Source: an uncultured Bdellovibrionales bacterium
GTDB taxonomy: Bacteria > Patescibacteriota > Minisyncoccia > Moranbacterales > DUUL01
DNA: 39,101 bases
NCBI GenBank assembly: GCA_964393045.1
Contig: CAYMRZ010000001.1
Location: 2,102-41,202, forward strand
Direction: 5' to 3'
Both the position numbers and the translations under genes were made by a program. The first letter of the stretch is position 1. Each line of letters starts with the position of its first letter. Below the pieces are notes generated by a model that made no database searches, was not told where the DNA came from, and saw only the letters and a list, made by a program, of their open reading frames with translations. Shown in pieces: positions 9,529-18,890 of this stretch.

Positions 9529-9936
9529 ATGGATAAATTAATCTGGATATTTAGGTTGTTAGTGCTGGTTTCTTTTATTTTTACAATAATAATAATATTC
9601 TCTACTTCTCCTTACGCAGATAAAGAAAGTTTGAATAGGAATTTTTTAAATATTCTGTTATTTTATCTTTCTTTTTTTGTTTTCTTTTTTAGTCTGTTGT
9701 TTTTAATTTTTTTCCGTTTTCGTAAAAGAAGGCTGGAAAAGAAAAATAATGAGCCTAAGCGGCGAAAAATCGCTTCTCTGCTCAGGTTGTCTTTTCGCCA
9801 GGGATTTTTAGTAGCGTTAGGCTTAACTTTGTTGTTATTTTTGCAGAGTTTTAAGGTTTTAACTTGGTGGGTAGCACTCTTAGTTGGTGGAGCTTTGTTG
9901 TTAATAGAACTTTATTTTTTATCAGAAAAGGAGTAG
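9529..9936 (+). CDS. Hypothetical membrane protein (4 predicted TM segments)
   Basis: 135-aa ORF with hydrophobic segments separated by the basic loop RFRKRRLEKKNNEPKRRK. No recognisable family. Confidence 0.55.
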   Translation: MDKLIWIFRLLVLVSFIFTIIIIFSTSPYADKESLNRNFLNILLFYLSFFVFFFSLLFLIFFRFRKRRLEKKNNEPKRRKIASLLRLSFRQGFLVALGLTLLLFLQSFKVLTWWVALLVGGALLLIELYFLSEKE

Positions 9937-10098
9937 AATGGTAATATAATTTAGAATATTGTCAGCCAGAGGCTGCTCTGCCTTTAGCAGAAATTTAGAA
10001 TTTAGAATTTGTTTGTTTCTTGCGCCTTGGCTATTTTCTAAATTATTTCATTAAATAATTCATTTAAAATTTAATTAAAACTTAAAATTAATAAAAAG

Positions 10099-12060
10099 AT
10101 GCCAAAAAAGAAAAAATCAGATTATTCTGCCAAATCGATCCAAGTTTTGGAGGGATTGGAGCCGGTAAGAAAAAGGCCCGGAATGTACATTGGAGGAACT
10201 TCGCTGGAAGGATTACACCACCTTGTTTGGGAAGTGGTTTCCAACTCAATAGACGAGTCCATGGCCGGCTACGGAAATTATATCGAAGTTAAGATTTTGA
10301 AAGACAATAAAATATCCGTGGAAGACCAAGGGCGTGGAATTCCGGTTGGCAAGCACAAGCAAACCGGCCTTTCTGCTTTGGAAACAGTGATGACCAAGCT
10401 TCATGCCGGAGGAAAATTTGGAGGAGACGGCTACAAAGTTTCCGGCGGATTGCATGGAGTGGGAGTTTCAGTAGTAAATGCCCTATCTATTTGGACTAAA
10501 GCGGAAGTGCATCAAAATGGAAAAATGTATACGCAAGAGTACAGCCGCGGCAAAGCTAAGCATAAAATAAAAAATGCGGGAAAAACAGAAAAAACAGGCA
10601 CAGTTATTACCTTTGAAGCAGATCCTGAAGTTTTTCCGAAAATTGAATGGAATTGGAAAACCATTTCTGATTATCTCAGAAAACAAGCCTACCTTACCAA
10701 AGGTGTCTATATTAAATTAATCGATGAGCGCTTCGAAAAAGAAGAGCTTTACAAGCAGGTTGGTTATTGCTTTGAGGGAGGCATTCGTTCCTATATTGAA
10801 TATATAAACCGAGACAAAGAAACAGTGCATGATAACGTTTTTTATGTCGAAAAAGAAATGGAAGGCATGCTGGTGGAAGTTGCTTTTCAATATAATACCG
10901 GCATAAAGGAGAGAATAATTTCCTTTGCTAATAATATCAATACCACTGAAGGGGGAATGCATGAAACGGGCTTTCGCACTGCTTTTACCAGAACTTTAAA
11001 TGATTATGCTAAAAAAAATAATTTTTTAAGAGAAAAAGATGGAAATTTTACCGCTGATGATGTAAAAGAGGGGTTAGCGGGGGTAATTTCTGTAAAAATT
11101 ACTGATCCACAATTTGAAGGGCAAACCAAAACTAAACTAGGCAATACGGAAGCACGTACTAATGTTTCGGTTGTAATGAAAGATGCTCTAGAAGAATTTT
11201 TAGAAAAACATCCCCAGGATGCCAAAGCAATAGTCAATCGCTGTTTGCTCTCTGCAAAAGCTAGATTAGCGGCTAAAGCAGCCAAAGATGCCGTGATAAG
11301 GAAAGGAGTCTTAGACGGCTTAACTTTGCCAGGGAAGCTAGCTGATTGTTCTAGCCGTGATCCTTCCCAAGGAGAGTTGTTTATTGTTGAGGGAGACAGT
11401 GCCGGCGGCAGCGCTAAACAGGGCAGAAACCGCCAATTCCAAGCCATTCTTCCTCTGAGAGGGAAAATTTTAAACGTAGAACGTGCCAGAGTAGATCGGA
11501 TGCTGGCTTCCAATGAAGTTAAATCTTTGATTATTGCCTTGGGCACCGGCATTGGTGATAAAATGGATATAGACAAATTGCGTTACCATAAGATTATCAT
11601 TATGACTGATGCCGACGTAGATGGTTCCCACATTCGCACCCTGCTTTTGACCTTGTTTTATCGCCACTTTGAGCAACTTATCACTGATGGCTACATTTAT
11701 ATTGCCCAGCCGCCGCTTTATTCCATTCAAAAAGGCAAAGAAAAAGAATATGTTTATACTGAAGAAGGAAAGGCTGAGGTTATCGCTAGAATGACCGGGG
11801 AAAGTAAAAGTAAAATTAAAGAAAAAAATGACAAGGATTTGGCAGTTTCCCTTCAACGTTATAAAGGTTTGGGTGAAATGAATCCGGAGCAGCTCTGGGA
11901 AACCACTATGGATCCGGAAAAAAGAAGAATGTATCAAGTTACTGTTAAAGATGCCCAGCGAGCAGACCAGATTTTTGATATTTTAATGGGCAACGAAGTG
12001 GAGCCGCGTAAAAGATTTATCCAGGCTCATGCCAAAAGTGTCCAGAATTTGGATGTGTAG
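10099..12060 (+). CDS. gyrB: DNA gyrase subunit B
   Basis: 653 aa. GHKL ATPase motifs are VWEVVSNSIDE, DQGRGIP and GGLHGVG. Toprim motifs are EGDSAGG, PLRGKILNV and DADVDGSHI. C-terminal QRYKGLGEM. Confidence 0.96.
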   Translation: MPKKKKSDYSAKSIQVLEGLEPVRKRPGMYIGGTSLEGLHHLVWEVVSNSIDESMAGYGNYIEVKILKDNKISVEDQGRGIPVGKHKQTGLSALETVMTKLHAGGKFGGDGYKVSGGLHGVGVSVVNALSIWTKAEVHQNGKMYTQEYSRGKAKHKIKNAGKTEKTGTVITFEADPEVFPKIEWNWKTISDYLRKQAYLTKGVYIKLIDERFEKEELYKQVGYCFEGGIRSYIEYINRDKETVHDNVFYVEKEMEGMLVEVAFQYNTGIKERIISFANNINTTEGGMHETGFRTAFTRTLNDYAKKNNFLREKDGNFTADDVKEGLAGVISVKITDPQFEGQTKTKLGNTEARTNVSVVMKDALEEFLEKHPQDAKAIVNRCLLSAKARLAAKAAKDAVIRKGVLDGLTLPGKLADCSSRDPSQGELFIVEGDSAGGSAKQGRNRQFQAILPLRGKILNVERARVDRMLASNEVKSLIIALGTGIGDKMDIDKLRYHKIIIMTDADVDGSHIRTLLLTLFYRHFEQLITDGYIYIAQPPLYSIQKGKEKEYVYTEEGKAEVIARMTGESKSKIKEKNDKDLAVSLQRYKGLGEMNPEQLWETTMDPEKRRMYQVTVKDAQRADQIFDILMGNEVEPRKRFIQAHAKSVQNLDV

Positions 12061-12286
12061 GTTGATAAACTGGTAATCAGTAATTAGTAATCAGGGATTA
12101 GAAAATTTTTAATAAACTAATTTTCAGTTTCCAGCGAATTTTCAAGCTACAATTCTGCAATGAAAATTAAAGAAATGTAAATTTAATGTAAATAGTGAAT
12201 TGAAAATTGTAAATTTGTGTCCAGTAACTCCGTGAATATAATAAGGCAATAAAATTTTATCCTTAAATCTTAATCCTCTTCAAAAA

Positions 12287-12724
12287 ATGTCTAGAAAATT
12301 TGGCATGGGAGTGGGAGCGATGATTTTGAAAGACAATAAAATTCTTCTCGGTCTGCGCCATCACGATAAAAACAAAGCGGATTCGGAATTGCACGGCGAA
12401 AATACTTGGACCATGCCGGGTGGAAAAGTTGATTTTGGCGAAAAATTGGCGGAGACCCCCGTCCGGGAAATAAAAGAGGAAACTTCATTAAAAATTAAGA
12501 AAGAAGATTTAAAACTAATCAGTGTTAGTGACGACATCATCCTGGATGATGCCCATTTTGTCACCATTGGATTTTTATGCGAAAAATTTGAGGGCGAGCC
12601 GAAGGTAATGGAGCCGGATGAAATTATAAAATGGCAATGGTTTCCCATTGACTCAATGCCGGAAAATATGTTTTTCCCCAGTCAGAGAGTTTTGGAAAAT
12701 TATCTTAGAAATAAAGTTTATTAG
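12287..12724 (+). CDS. Nudix hydrolase
   Basis: 145 aa with Nudix box GGKVDFGEKLAETPVREIKEETSL (G-x5-E-x7-REUxEExGU). Confidence 0.85.
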   Translation: MSRKFGMGVGAMILKDNKILLGLRHHDKNKADSELHGENTWTMPGGKVDFGEKLAETPVREIKEETSLKIKKEDLKLISVSDDIILDDAHFVTIGFLCEKFEGEPKVMEPDEIIKWQWFPIDSMPENMFFPSQRVLENYLRNKVY

Positions 12725-12726
12725 TT

Positions 12727-13356
12727 ATGGCATATATCTTTTTAGATGAAAGTGGCGACTTGGGATTTAAAGAGCGATCAAGTAAGTGGTTCCTTTTCAC
12801 TATTGTTTTAATCAATGATCATAAAAGAATTGAAAAAGTAATCAAAAATATTAGAAAGGGTTTAAAGAAAAAATATAAAATAAGAGAGCTTCATGCTTAT
12901 CATGCTGATAAAATTACAAGGATAAGAATGTTGAAAAAGTTGTCTGAAATAAAAGAGATAAAAATTTTATCCATAATTTTAAATAAACAGAAAGTTTATA
13001 TTGACCTCCAAAAACAAAAAGACTACCTTTATAATTATACTGCTAACATACTTCTTGATAGGCTACACAATAAAAGATTGATTAAAACAAGTGAACCGAT
13101 TAATCTTTTCATAGACCAGAAGGATACAAAAAAATTTATAAGAGAAAATTTTGAAAAATATTTAAAGAATAATTTGATAAAAAGGGGTAATAATGGGAGG
13201 ATAGAAATAAAAATTAAACCATCCCATACAGAGAGATGTTTGCAGGCAGTTGATTTTGTTAGCTGGGCTATTTTTAGAAAATATGAAAGAAATGATTATG
13301 AGTATTATGAATTAGTGAAAAACAAAATTATTGAAGAAAATATTTTATTTCCATAA
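12727..13356 (+). CDS. DUF3800-family protein
   Basis: 209 aa. N-terminal YIFLDESGD motif and C-terminal CLQAVDFVSWAI are characteristic of DUF3800. It starts 2 nt after the Nudix stop. Confidence 0.7.
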   Translation: MAYIFLDESGDLGFKERSSKWFLFTIVLINDHKRIEKVIKNIRKGLKKKYKIRELHAYHADKITRIRMLKKLSEIKEIKILSIILNKQKVYIDLQKQKDYLYNYTANILLDRLHNKRLIKTSEPINLFIDQKDTKKFIRENFEKYLKNNLIKRGNNGRIEIKIKPSHTERCLQAVDFVSWAIFRKYERNDYEYYELVKNKIIEENILFP

Positions 13357-13527
13357 AAAGAAAACCCCTCGTTTTAACGAAACGCCTTACGGTATTTCAA
13401 CACGAGAGGATTTACTTCTACAATATAATACTATCATATTTTAAAATTATTGCAAATTATTGATTTGTGGATAACTTTTTAGGTAATTTTCTAATAAATT
13501 GATAACTAATTAAACTAATCAACTAAT

Positions 13528-14529
13528 ATGAAACTAGCAATTAATGGCTTTGGCCGAATCGGGCGGCCAGTATTAAAAATAGCCGTAGAAAATCCCGAAG
13601 TAGAAATTGTTGCCATCAATGATTTAGGCAATCTAGAAAATTTAGCTTACTTGCTAAAATATGATACTGCTTATGGCGTTTATCCTCACGATGTAGAAAT
13701 TAAAGACGGCAACTTGATTGTCGGCGGCAAAGAAATTAAAGTTTTTGCCGAAAAAAATCCGGCTAATTTGCCTTGGGGGGATTTAGAAATAGATGTAGTA
13801 GCCGAATGCACCGGCGTTTTCAAGGATCGCGAAGGCGCCAAAGGGCATCTGGAAGCTGGTGCCAAAAAAGTAGTGATTTCTGCTCCCACCAAAGATGACA
13901 GCATTAAAACAGTGGTAATTGGCTGCAATGATGATAAAATAGAAGATAGTGACACCATTTTATCCATGGCCTCCTGCACTACCAATTGCATTGCGCCGAT
14001 GGCCAAGGTTTTGGATGATAATTTTGGCGTAGAAAAATCATTGATGACCACGGTACACAGCTATACCTCTACCCAGAATCTAGTAGACGGACCCAATGAT
14101 AAAGATCCCCGCCGGGGAAGAGCCGCTGCTCAAAACATTGTGCCTTCTACCACTGGCGCTGCTATTGCTGCTGCTAAAACCCTGCCTCAGCTGGAAGGAA
14201 TTTTTGACGGCATGGCCTTGCGCGTGCCTTCCCTAGTGGGTTCAGTTAGCGATTTAGTAGCAGTACTTAAAAAAGAAACCGCTGAAGAAGAAATTAACGC
14301 TGCTTTCGAAAAAGCTGCGGAAGGGGATTTGAAAAATATTATGCAAGTTACCTGGGAGCCTTTGGTTTCCCATGATATTGTAGAAAGCTCTTACAGTTGT
14401 ATTGTTCAAACAGATTTAACCAAAGTAATTGGCGGCAATCTGGTAAAAATGGTCGGTTGGTACGACAATGAGTGGGGCTATTCCAATCGTTTAGTCGAAT
14501 TAGCAGTTTTGATTTCAGCCCGAGGCTGA
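13528..14529 (+). CDS. gap: Glyceraldehyde-3-phosphate dehydrogenase (type I)
   Basis: 333 aa with NGFGRIGR NAD-binding start, catalytic SCTTNC, and WYDNEWGYS near the C-terminus. Confidence 0.95.
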   Translation: MKLAINGFGRIGRPVLKIAVENPEVEIVAINDLGNLENLAYLLKYDTAYGVYPHDVEIKDGNLIVGGKEIKVFAEKNPANLPWGDLEIDVVAECTGVFKDREGAKGHLEAGAKKVVISAPTKDDSIKTVVIGCNDDKIEDSDTILSMASCTTNCIAPMAKVLDDNFGVEKSLMTTVHSYTSTQNLVDGPNDKDPRRGRAAAQNIVPSTTGAAIAAAKTLPQLEGIFDGMALRVPSLVGSVSDLVAVLKKETAEEEINAAFEKAAEGDLKNIMQVTWEPLVSHDIVESSYSCIVQTDLTKVIGGNLVKMVGWYDNEWGYSNRLVELAVLISARG

Positions 14530-14635
14530 TGTGCCTTGGGTGCAAGCTAGTCAGGGTTTAGTTTATTAGCTTGTTTGAAATTAATTTAGCAGGCGATATC
14601 ATCCAGATTATTTGGAATCCAGTAAAATTAATCCC

Positions 14636-14672
14636 AATGGTGCCGAACCTAGCCTCAAATGGTGCCGAACCT
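14636..14672 (+). repeat. Direct repeat AATGGTGCCGAACCT x2 (22-nt period) upstream of the Clp-like ATPase
   Basis: Identical 15-mers at 14636-14650 and 14658-14672 in the gap-to-clp intergenic region. Confidence 0.85.
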
Positions 14673-14795
14673 TTTAAAAATCCAACAATGAAACTTCCTA
14701 ACAATTTAACGATTATTTTTTTATTTGTGTATTTGTATAAATTTGTAATTTGTAGGAATTATTTAAAATTATTTACAAAATTAAAAATTAAAAAT

Positions 14796-17249
14796 TTGTC
14801 TATTTTCAAATGGCATTACCAAGACGGAATAAAATTCTTCCTGGGAGTCTGGAAAAACTTTCTCTGGTTTGTTTTGTATTTTTTCTCAATTAGAAGGCTA
14901 TTTAAAACCCTTTTTGCTCCTTGGCGCCGCAGCCTACTAAGAAAAGACTGGGAAGGTTTTCATCCCATTCAAGCCCTTTTATTTCATATCACCAGCGGTT
15001 ATTTCCGATTTTTTGGCGGTTTAGTAAGGCTGGCGGTTATAACATTGGGATTAGCAGTTTATTTGCTGGTAATCTTTATTGGTGCTTTGACGCTTCTAGT
15101 TTGGCTTTTATTGCCAGCTTTGATTATTTTTATAATTATCCTGTTTTTTCAATTACCGATCCTGGCCCTTGCAATTCTGTCATTTATCTTGCTGGCCATT
15201 TTTTTATCCATCATCGGATTTCGCGAAGCTTCCCGCAAGCCAGTGTTGGAAATGGATTTCGAAGAGATAAAAAGTATCCCGTTAATCAATCGCATTTTAG
15301 AGCGAGCCAACATTCTAAAACAAGAATGGGATAAAATAGATTTTTCCGGAGATTTTCAGCCTGCCTTAAAAAAATTATTAATCCGGAAAGACTTGGACTT
15401 AAAAGATTTCAATGAGATAATGAACTGGGAACGGGCGCGGGAGCATATTAATCGGCAAAATAAAAAATTTTGGACCAAACAATCTTTAAGAAAGATTATG
15501 CCCATTGGCCGCTACTGGAATTACGGACGCACTCCCTTGTTGGATAAATTCTCTATTGATTTAAGCAAAAATGATCCGACCAATTATACTGAAATAGAAC
15601 TGATAAATTATGACAAGGAAATGGAAATGATAAATTTGGCTTTTTCCAAAGACAGGCAAAGCAGTCTAGTCTTACTGGGGCGCCCAGGAATTGGGAAACA
15701 GTCCCTAGTCCACTATTTAGCCAAAAAAATTCGCCGCAATAATGCCTATTCCTGCTTTCTTTACCAGCGTATAATCCAGATTGACTTAAAAGAAGTCTTG
15801 AATGCTGCTATTGACAGCAATAAAAATTCTGCTAGCTTTTTGGATGAAATTTTCTATCAAGCTGCTACTGCCGGCAACGTGATTTTATTTATAGAAAATC
15901 TAGCCCAATATTTTGACTCTGATAGCAAACTCTACAATGAAGTGCCGGGGCTTTTGGCTAAATATTTGGATTATCCGCCTTTTCGGCTGATGGCTACTTG
16001 CAGCGCAAAAGCTTATCATCGTTTCATTGAAAATAATGAAAACATAACCAAAAATTGTAAAAGCCTGGAAGTCTCCGAGCCCAAAAAGCAAGATGTGGTA
16101 TTTATGTTGATGCAAAGACTTGATAAACTGGAGCAAAGTAAAATATTTTTGTCTTATCAGACCATCAGGGAAATAATAGAAAAATCTTCTTTTTTAGGCA
16201 AAATAATGCCTTTGCCGGGGCGAGCAATAACCTTAATGGACGAGGTTATAACCTATTGGGATAATAATCAAACGGGAGAAATAACGCCACAGACGGTTAA
16301 CCAAGTGATTGAATTAAAAACCGGCGTGCCTCAAGGCGTGATTGACAAAAAGGAAAAAGAACAGCTTTTGAATTTGGAAGAAGTTTTGCATAAGAGAATT
16401 GTCGGCCAAGATCATGCTATCAGAAAGGTTGCTCAAGCTATTAAGCAATCCCGCACCGAAATGGGAGAAGGCAATAAGCCGGTGGGAAGTTTTCTTTTTT
16501 TGGGACCGACCGGAGTAGGAAAAACAGAAACTGCCAAAGCCTTGGCCGAAGCCTATTATGGCAACGAACAGCGCATGATTCGGTTTGATATGAATGAATA
16601 TCAGAACGAAGACAGTGCCGGCCGGCTCATCGGTGATCCCCAAACCAATATGCCAGGCTCACTGGTTTCCAAGGTCAAGGACAATCCTTTTTCCTTAATT
16701 CTTTTGGATGAACTAGAAAAGGCTTATCCGGACGTGTTGGACATTTTTTTGAGAATCCTGGATGAAGGCTATGCAGTAGATGCTTTTGACGAAAAAGTAA
16801 GCTTTCATGGTAATATTATCATCGCTACTTCCAATGCTGGCTCTGCTTTAATAAAAGAAATGGTTGAGAATAATGAGGAGCCGGAAAAAATAGAAAAACG
16901 GCTAGTGGATCACTTAATTGAAAAAAATATTTACAAGGTTGAATTTTTAAATCGTTTTGATGATGTAGTATTTTATGAGCCTTTTACTCCTGAACAATTA
17001 AAAAAAGTGGTGGCCTTGATGCTAAACCAGCTAGCTGCTCGCTTGCAGGAAGATAAAAATATTTTAATAAATTTTTCCGAGGAAGTAATTGATAAAATTA
17101 TCCAGGAAGGTTACCGTTCCATTTTTGGTGCCCGCTCCATTAGAAGATATATCAATGATAAAATTGAAACTATAATAACTGATAAAATTTTACAAGGAGG
17201 ATTAAATAAAGGCAGTGAAACTACCATTACCCCGGAGGACTTGAATTAA
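14796..17249 (+). CDS. Membrane-anchored Clp/Hsp100-like AAA+ ATPase (degenerate first module, canonical ClpB/ClpC D2-type second module)
   Basis: The D2 module has LFLGPTGVGKTETAKALA (Walker A), LILLDELEKA (Walker B) and GARSIRRYI (sensor 2). An upstream module carries GRPGIGKQS. The N-terminus has TM segments instead of a Clp N domain. I place the start at TTG 14796 (MSIFKWHYQDG). ATG 14688 and the listed 14571 are alternatives, but both run through repeat and low-complexity intergenic-type sequence. Confidence 0.75.
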   Translation: MSIFKWHYQDGIKFFLGVWKNFLWFVLYFFSIRRLFKTLFAPWRRSLLRKDWEGFHPIQALLFHITSGYFRFFGGLVRLAVITLGLAVYLLVIFIGALTLLVWLLLPALIIFIIILFFQLPILALAILSFILLAIFLSIIGFREASRKPVLEMDFEEIKSIPLINRILERANILKQEWDKIDFSGDFQPALKKLLIRKDLDLKDFNEIMNWERAREHINRQNKKFWTKQSLRKIMPIGRYWNYGRTPLLDKFSIDLSKNDPTNYTEIELINYDKEMEMINLAFSKDRQSSLVLLGRPGIGKQSLVHYLAKKIRRNNAYSCFLYQRIIQIDLKEVLNAAIDSNKNSASFLDEIFYQAATAGNVILFIENLAQYFDSDSKLYNEVPGLLAKYLDYPPFRLMATCSAKAYHRFIENNENITKNCKSLEVSEPKKQDVVFMLMQRLDKLEQSKIFLSYQTIREIIEKSSFLGKIMPLPGRAITLMDEVITYWDNNQTGEITPQTVNQVIELKTGVPQGVIDKKEKEQLLNLEEVLHKRIVGQDHAIRKVAQAIKQSRTEMGEGNKPVGSFLFLGPTGVGKTETAKALAEAYYGNEQRMIRFDMNEYQNEDSAGRLIGDPQTNMPGSLVSKVKDNPFSLILLDELEKAYPDVLDIFLRILDEGYAVDAFDEKVSFHGNIIIATSNAGSALIKEMVENNEEPEKIEKRLVDHLIEKNIYKVEFLNRFDDVVFYEPFTPEQLKKVVALMLNQLAARLQEDKNILINFSEEVIDKIIQEGYRSIFGARSIRRYINDKIETIITDKILQGGLNKGSETTITPEDLN

Positions 17250-17370
17250 AAATTTGTAGATTTGGCTGTCTGCGATGCTATCGCATAGCGATTAAGGGAA
17301 GATAGCAGATTTGTATATTTATGGTAGTTTCTAATTAGCTAATTCTTAATTCCTAATTTAACTAATATCT

Positions 17371-18765
17371 ATGAAGATCAAAGGCAAGAAAATAACCGTT
17401 ATGGGTATCGGACAACATGGAGGAGCCGTTCAAGTAATCAAGTGGCTTTTAGCCCAAAAAGCCAAAGTAACTGCTACTGATTTGGATTCTAAGCAAAATT
17501 TAGCAAAATCCTTGGAAAGCCTAAAAGATTTGAAAAATTTAAAAATCGTAACTGGCCAGCACCGATCAGAAGATTTTACTCTGGCGGATATGCTGATAAT
17601 TAATCCAGCCATTTCCTGGAAAAATAAATATGTGCAAATGGCACTGAAAAATAATGTTCAAGTGGAAATGGATGCCAGCTTGTTTTTCAAAATGTTGCCG
17701 GAAAAAAGTAGGGTAGTGGGTGTTACCGGAACCAAGGGAAAAACTACTACGGCATTATTAATTTATGAAATATTGAAAAAAGCTGATAAAAAAGCAGTAA
17801 AAGTAGGAATTGGCCAGGAGCCGGAATTGAATAAATTAAAATTTATAAGTAAAGATAGTATTGCCGTTTTTGAACTTTCCTCTTGGAGACTTTCAGCCTT
17901 GGGCAGGATGGAAAAAAGTCCGCAAATCGCAGTCATCACTAATATTTTTCCAGATCATCTTAATTATTATTCTTCGATGGAAAGTTATGTAAGAGATAAA
18001 AAAAATATTTTTTTGTATCAAAAACCGAATGATAAGTTATTTTTAAATTGGGATAATAAGCCAACCCGGGAATTTCAGGAGGAAGCTAAAAGCGAAATCG
18101 GATTTTTTTCTGCCCAAAATGTTTTAGCCAACGGTAATGCTGTTTACATAAGAAAAGGGAAAATTATTTGGGAGAGAGAAGGGGAAGAGCAGGAAATTTG
18201 CGATTTAAATGAAATAAAACTCAAAGGCGCCCACAACATCTCCAATGTCCTGGCTGCCATTTCCGCTGTCTTGCCCTTGGGAATAAAAACCCAGGTAATT
18301 AAAGAGACTTTGCGGGAGTTTAGAAAAATTTCTCATCGGATAGAGTTTGTCCGCGACGTGGATGGTGTGAAGTTCTATAATGATACCACTGCCACTATTC
18401 CCCAATCTGCTATCGTTGCCATTAACCGCTTTCTCAAGCCTATTCGCCTGATTTGCGGCGGATCCAGTAAAAAAATTGACATGGCTCCTTTAGCGAGAAA
18501 AATTTGCAAGGAAGATAATATTAAAGGCATTTACCTATTAGAAGGTACGGCCACTGATAGTTTAAAGAAAAACATTAGAGAAGAAGGCGGAGAGGGGAAA
18601 ATTAAAGGTGTTTTTGATAATTTAGAAGCAGCTGTTAATCAAGTCAAGTCCCATGCCAGAGAAGGAGAGATTGTTCTCTTTTCTCCCGGCTGCGCCAGCT
18701 TCGGGATGTTTAAGAACGAATTTGACCGGGGAGAAAAGTTTATTAAATATGTGAGTGAATTGTAA
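17371..18765 (+). CDS. murD: UDP-N-acetylmuramoyl-L-alanine--D-glutamate ligase
   Basis: 464 aa with N-terminal Rossmann-like domain, Mur ligase P-loop GVTGTKGKTTT, and C-terminal domain with NDTTATIP and SPGCASFGMF. Confidence 0.88.
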   Translation: MKIKGKKITVMGIGQHGGAVQVIKWLLAQKAKVTATDLDSKQNLAKSLESLKDLKNLKIVTGQHRSEDFTLADMLIINPAISWKNKYVQMALKNNVQVEMDASLFFKMLPEKSRVVGVTGTKGKTTTALLIYEILKKADKKAVKVGIGQEPELNKLKFISKDSIAVFELSSWRLSALGRMEKSPQIAVITNIFPDHLNYYSSMESYVRDKKNIFLYQKPNDKLFLNWDNKPTREFQEEAKSEIGFFSAQNVLANGNAVYIRKGKIIWEREGEEQEICDLNEIKLKGAHNISNVLAAISAVLPLGIKTQVIKETLREFRKISHRIEFVRDVDGVKFYNDTTATIPQSAIVAINRFLKPIRLICGGSSKKIDMAPLARKICKEDNIKGIYLLEGTATDSLKKNIREEGGEGKIKGVFDNLEAAVNQVKSHAREGEIVLFSPGCASFGMFKNEFDRGEKFIKYVSEL

Positions 18766-18890
18766 ACTTTTCTATTTCTCTCCACTCGGAAATGACAAGA
18801 ACGGGGAATAGGAAGAGATTAGTTCCGTAAATATTTATAACATTGTAGGGGCGCAAAATTTTGTATCCGTTAAAAAATAAAAACACAAAA

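Noticed and set aside
10246-11937. Antisense and shadow ORFs inside gyrB (for example 11004..11576, 190 aa). The same applies to those inside ftsZ, ftsA, mreB, gap, recG, typA and proS.
   Set aside because: Each lies wholly within a confidently identified gene on the opposite strand or in another frame. They have low-complexity or odd composition and no start signals. These are typical frame shadows.
13466-13474. Perfect DnaA box TGTGGATAA upstream of gap, and the idea that 8739-9286 or this region is oriC
   Set aside because: There is a single perfect box, with only scattered 7-8/9 matches elsewhere. There is no cluster, no adjacent dnaA or dnaN, and several other strand switches occur in the window. 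One 9-mer in 39 kb is compatible with chance.
14571-14795. N-terminal 75 codons of the listed 892-aa ORF
   Set aside because: This part runs through the 15-nt direct repeats and through low-complexity AT-rich sequence of the same kind seen in other intergenic regions. Protein-like sequence begins at TTG 14796 (SIFKWHYQDG).
17272-17292. GCGAT-GCT-ATCGC-ATA-GCGAT triple segment able to form two alternative 5-bp hairpins after the Clp-like gene
   Set aside because: The stems are short and no U-run follows. It cannot be distinguished from chance in a 120-nt spacer, so it is not called as a terminator.
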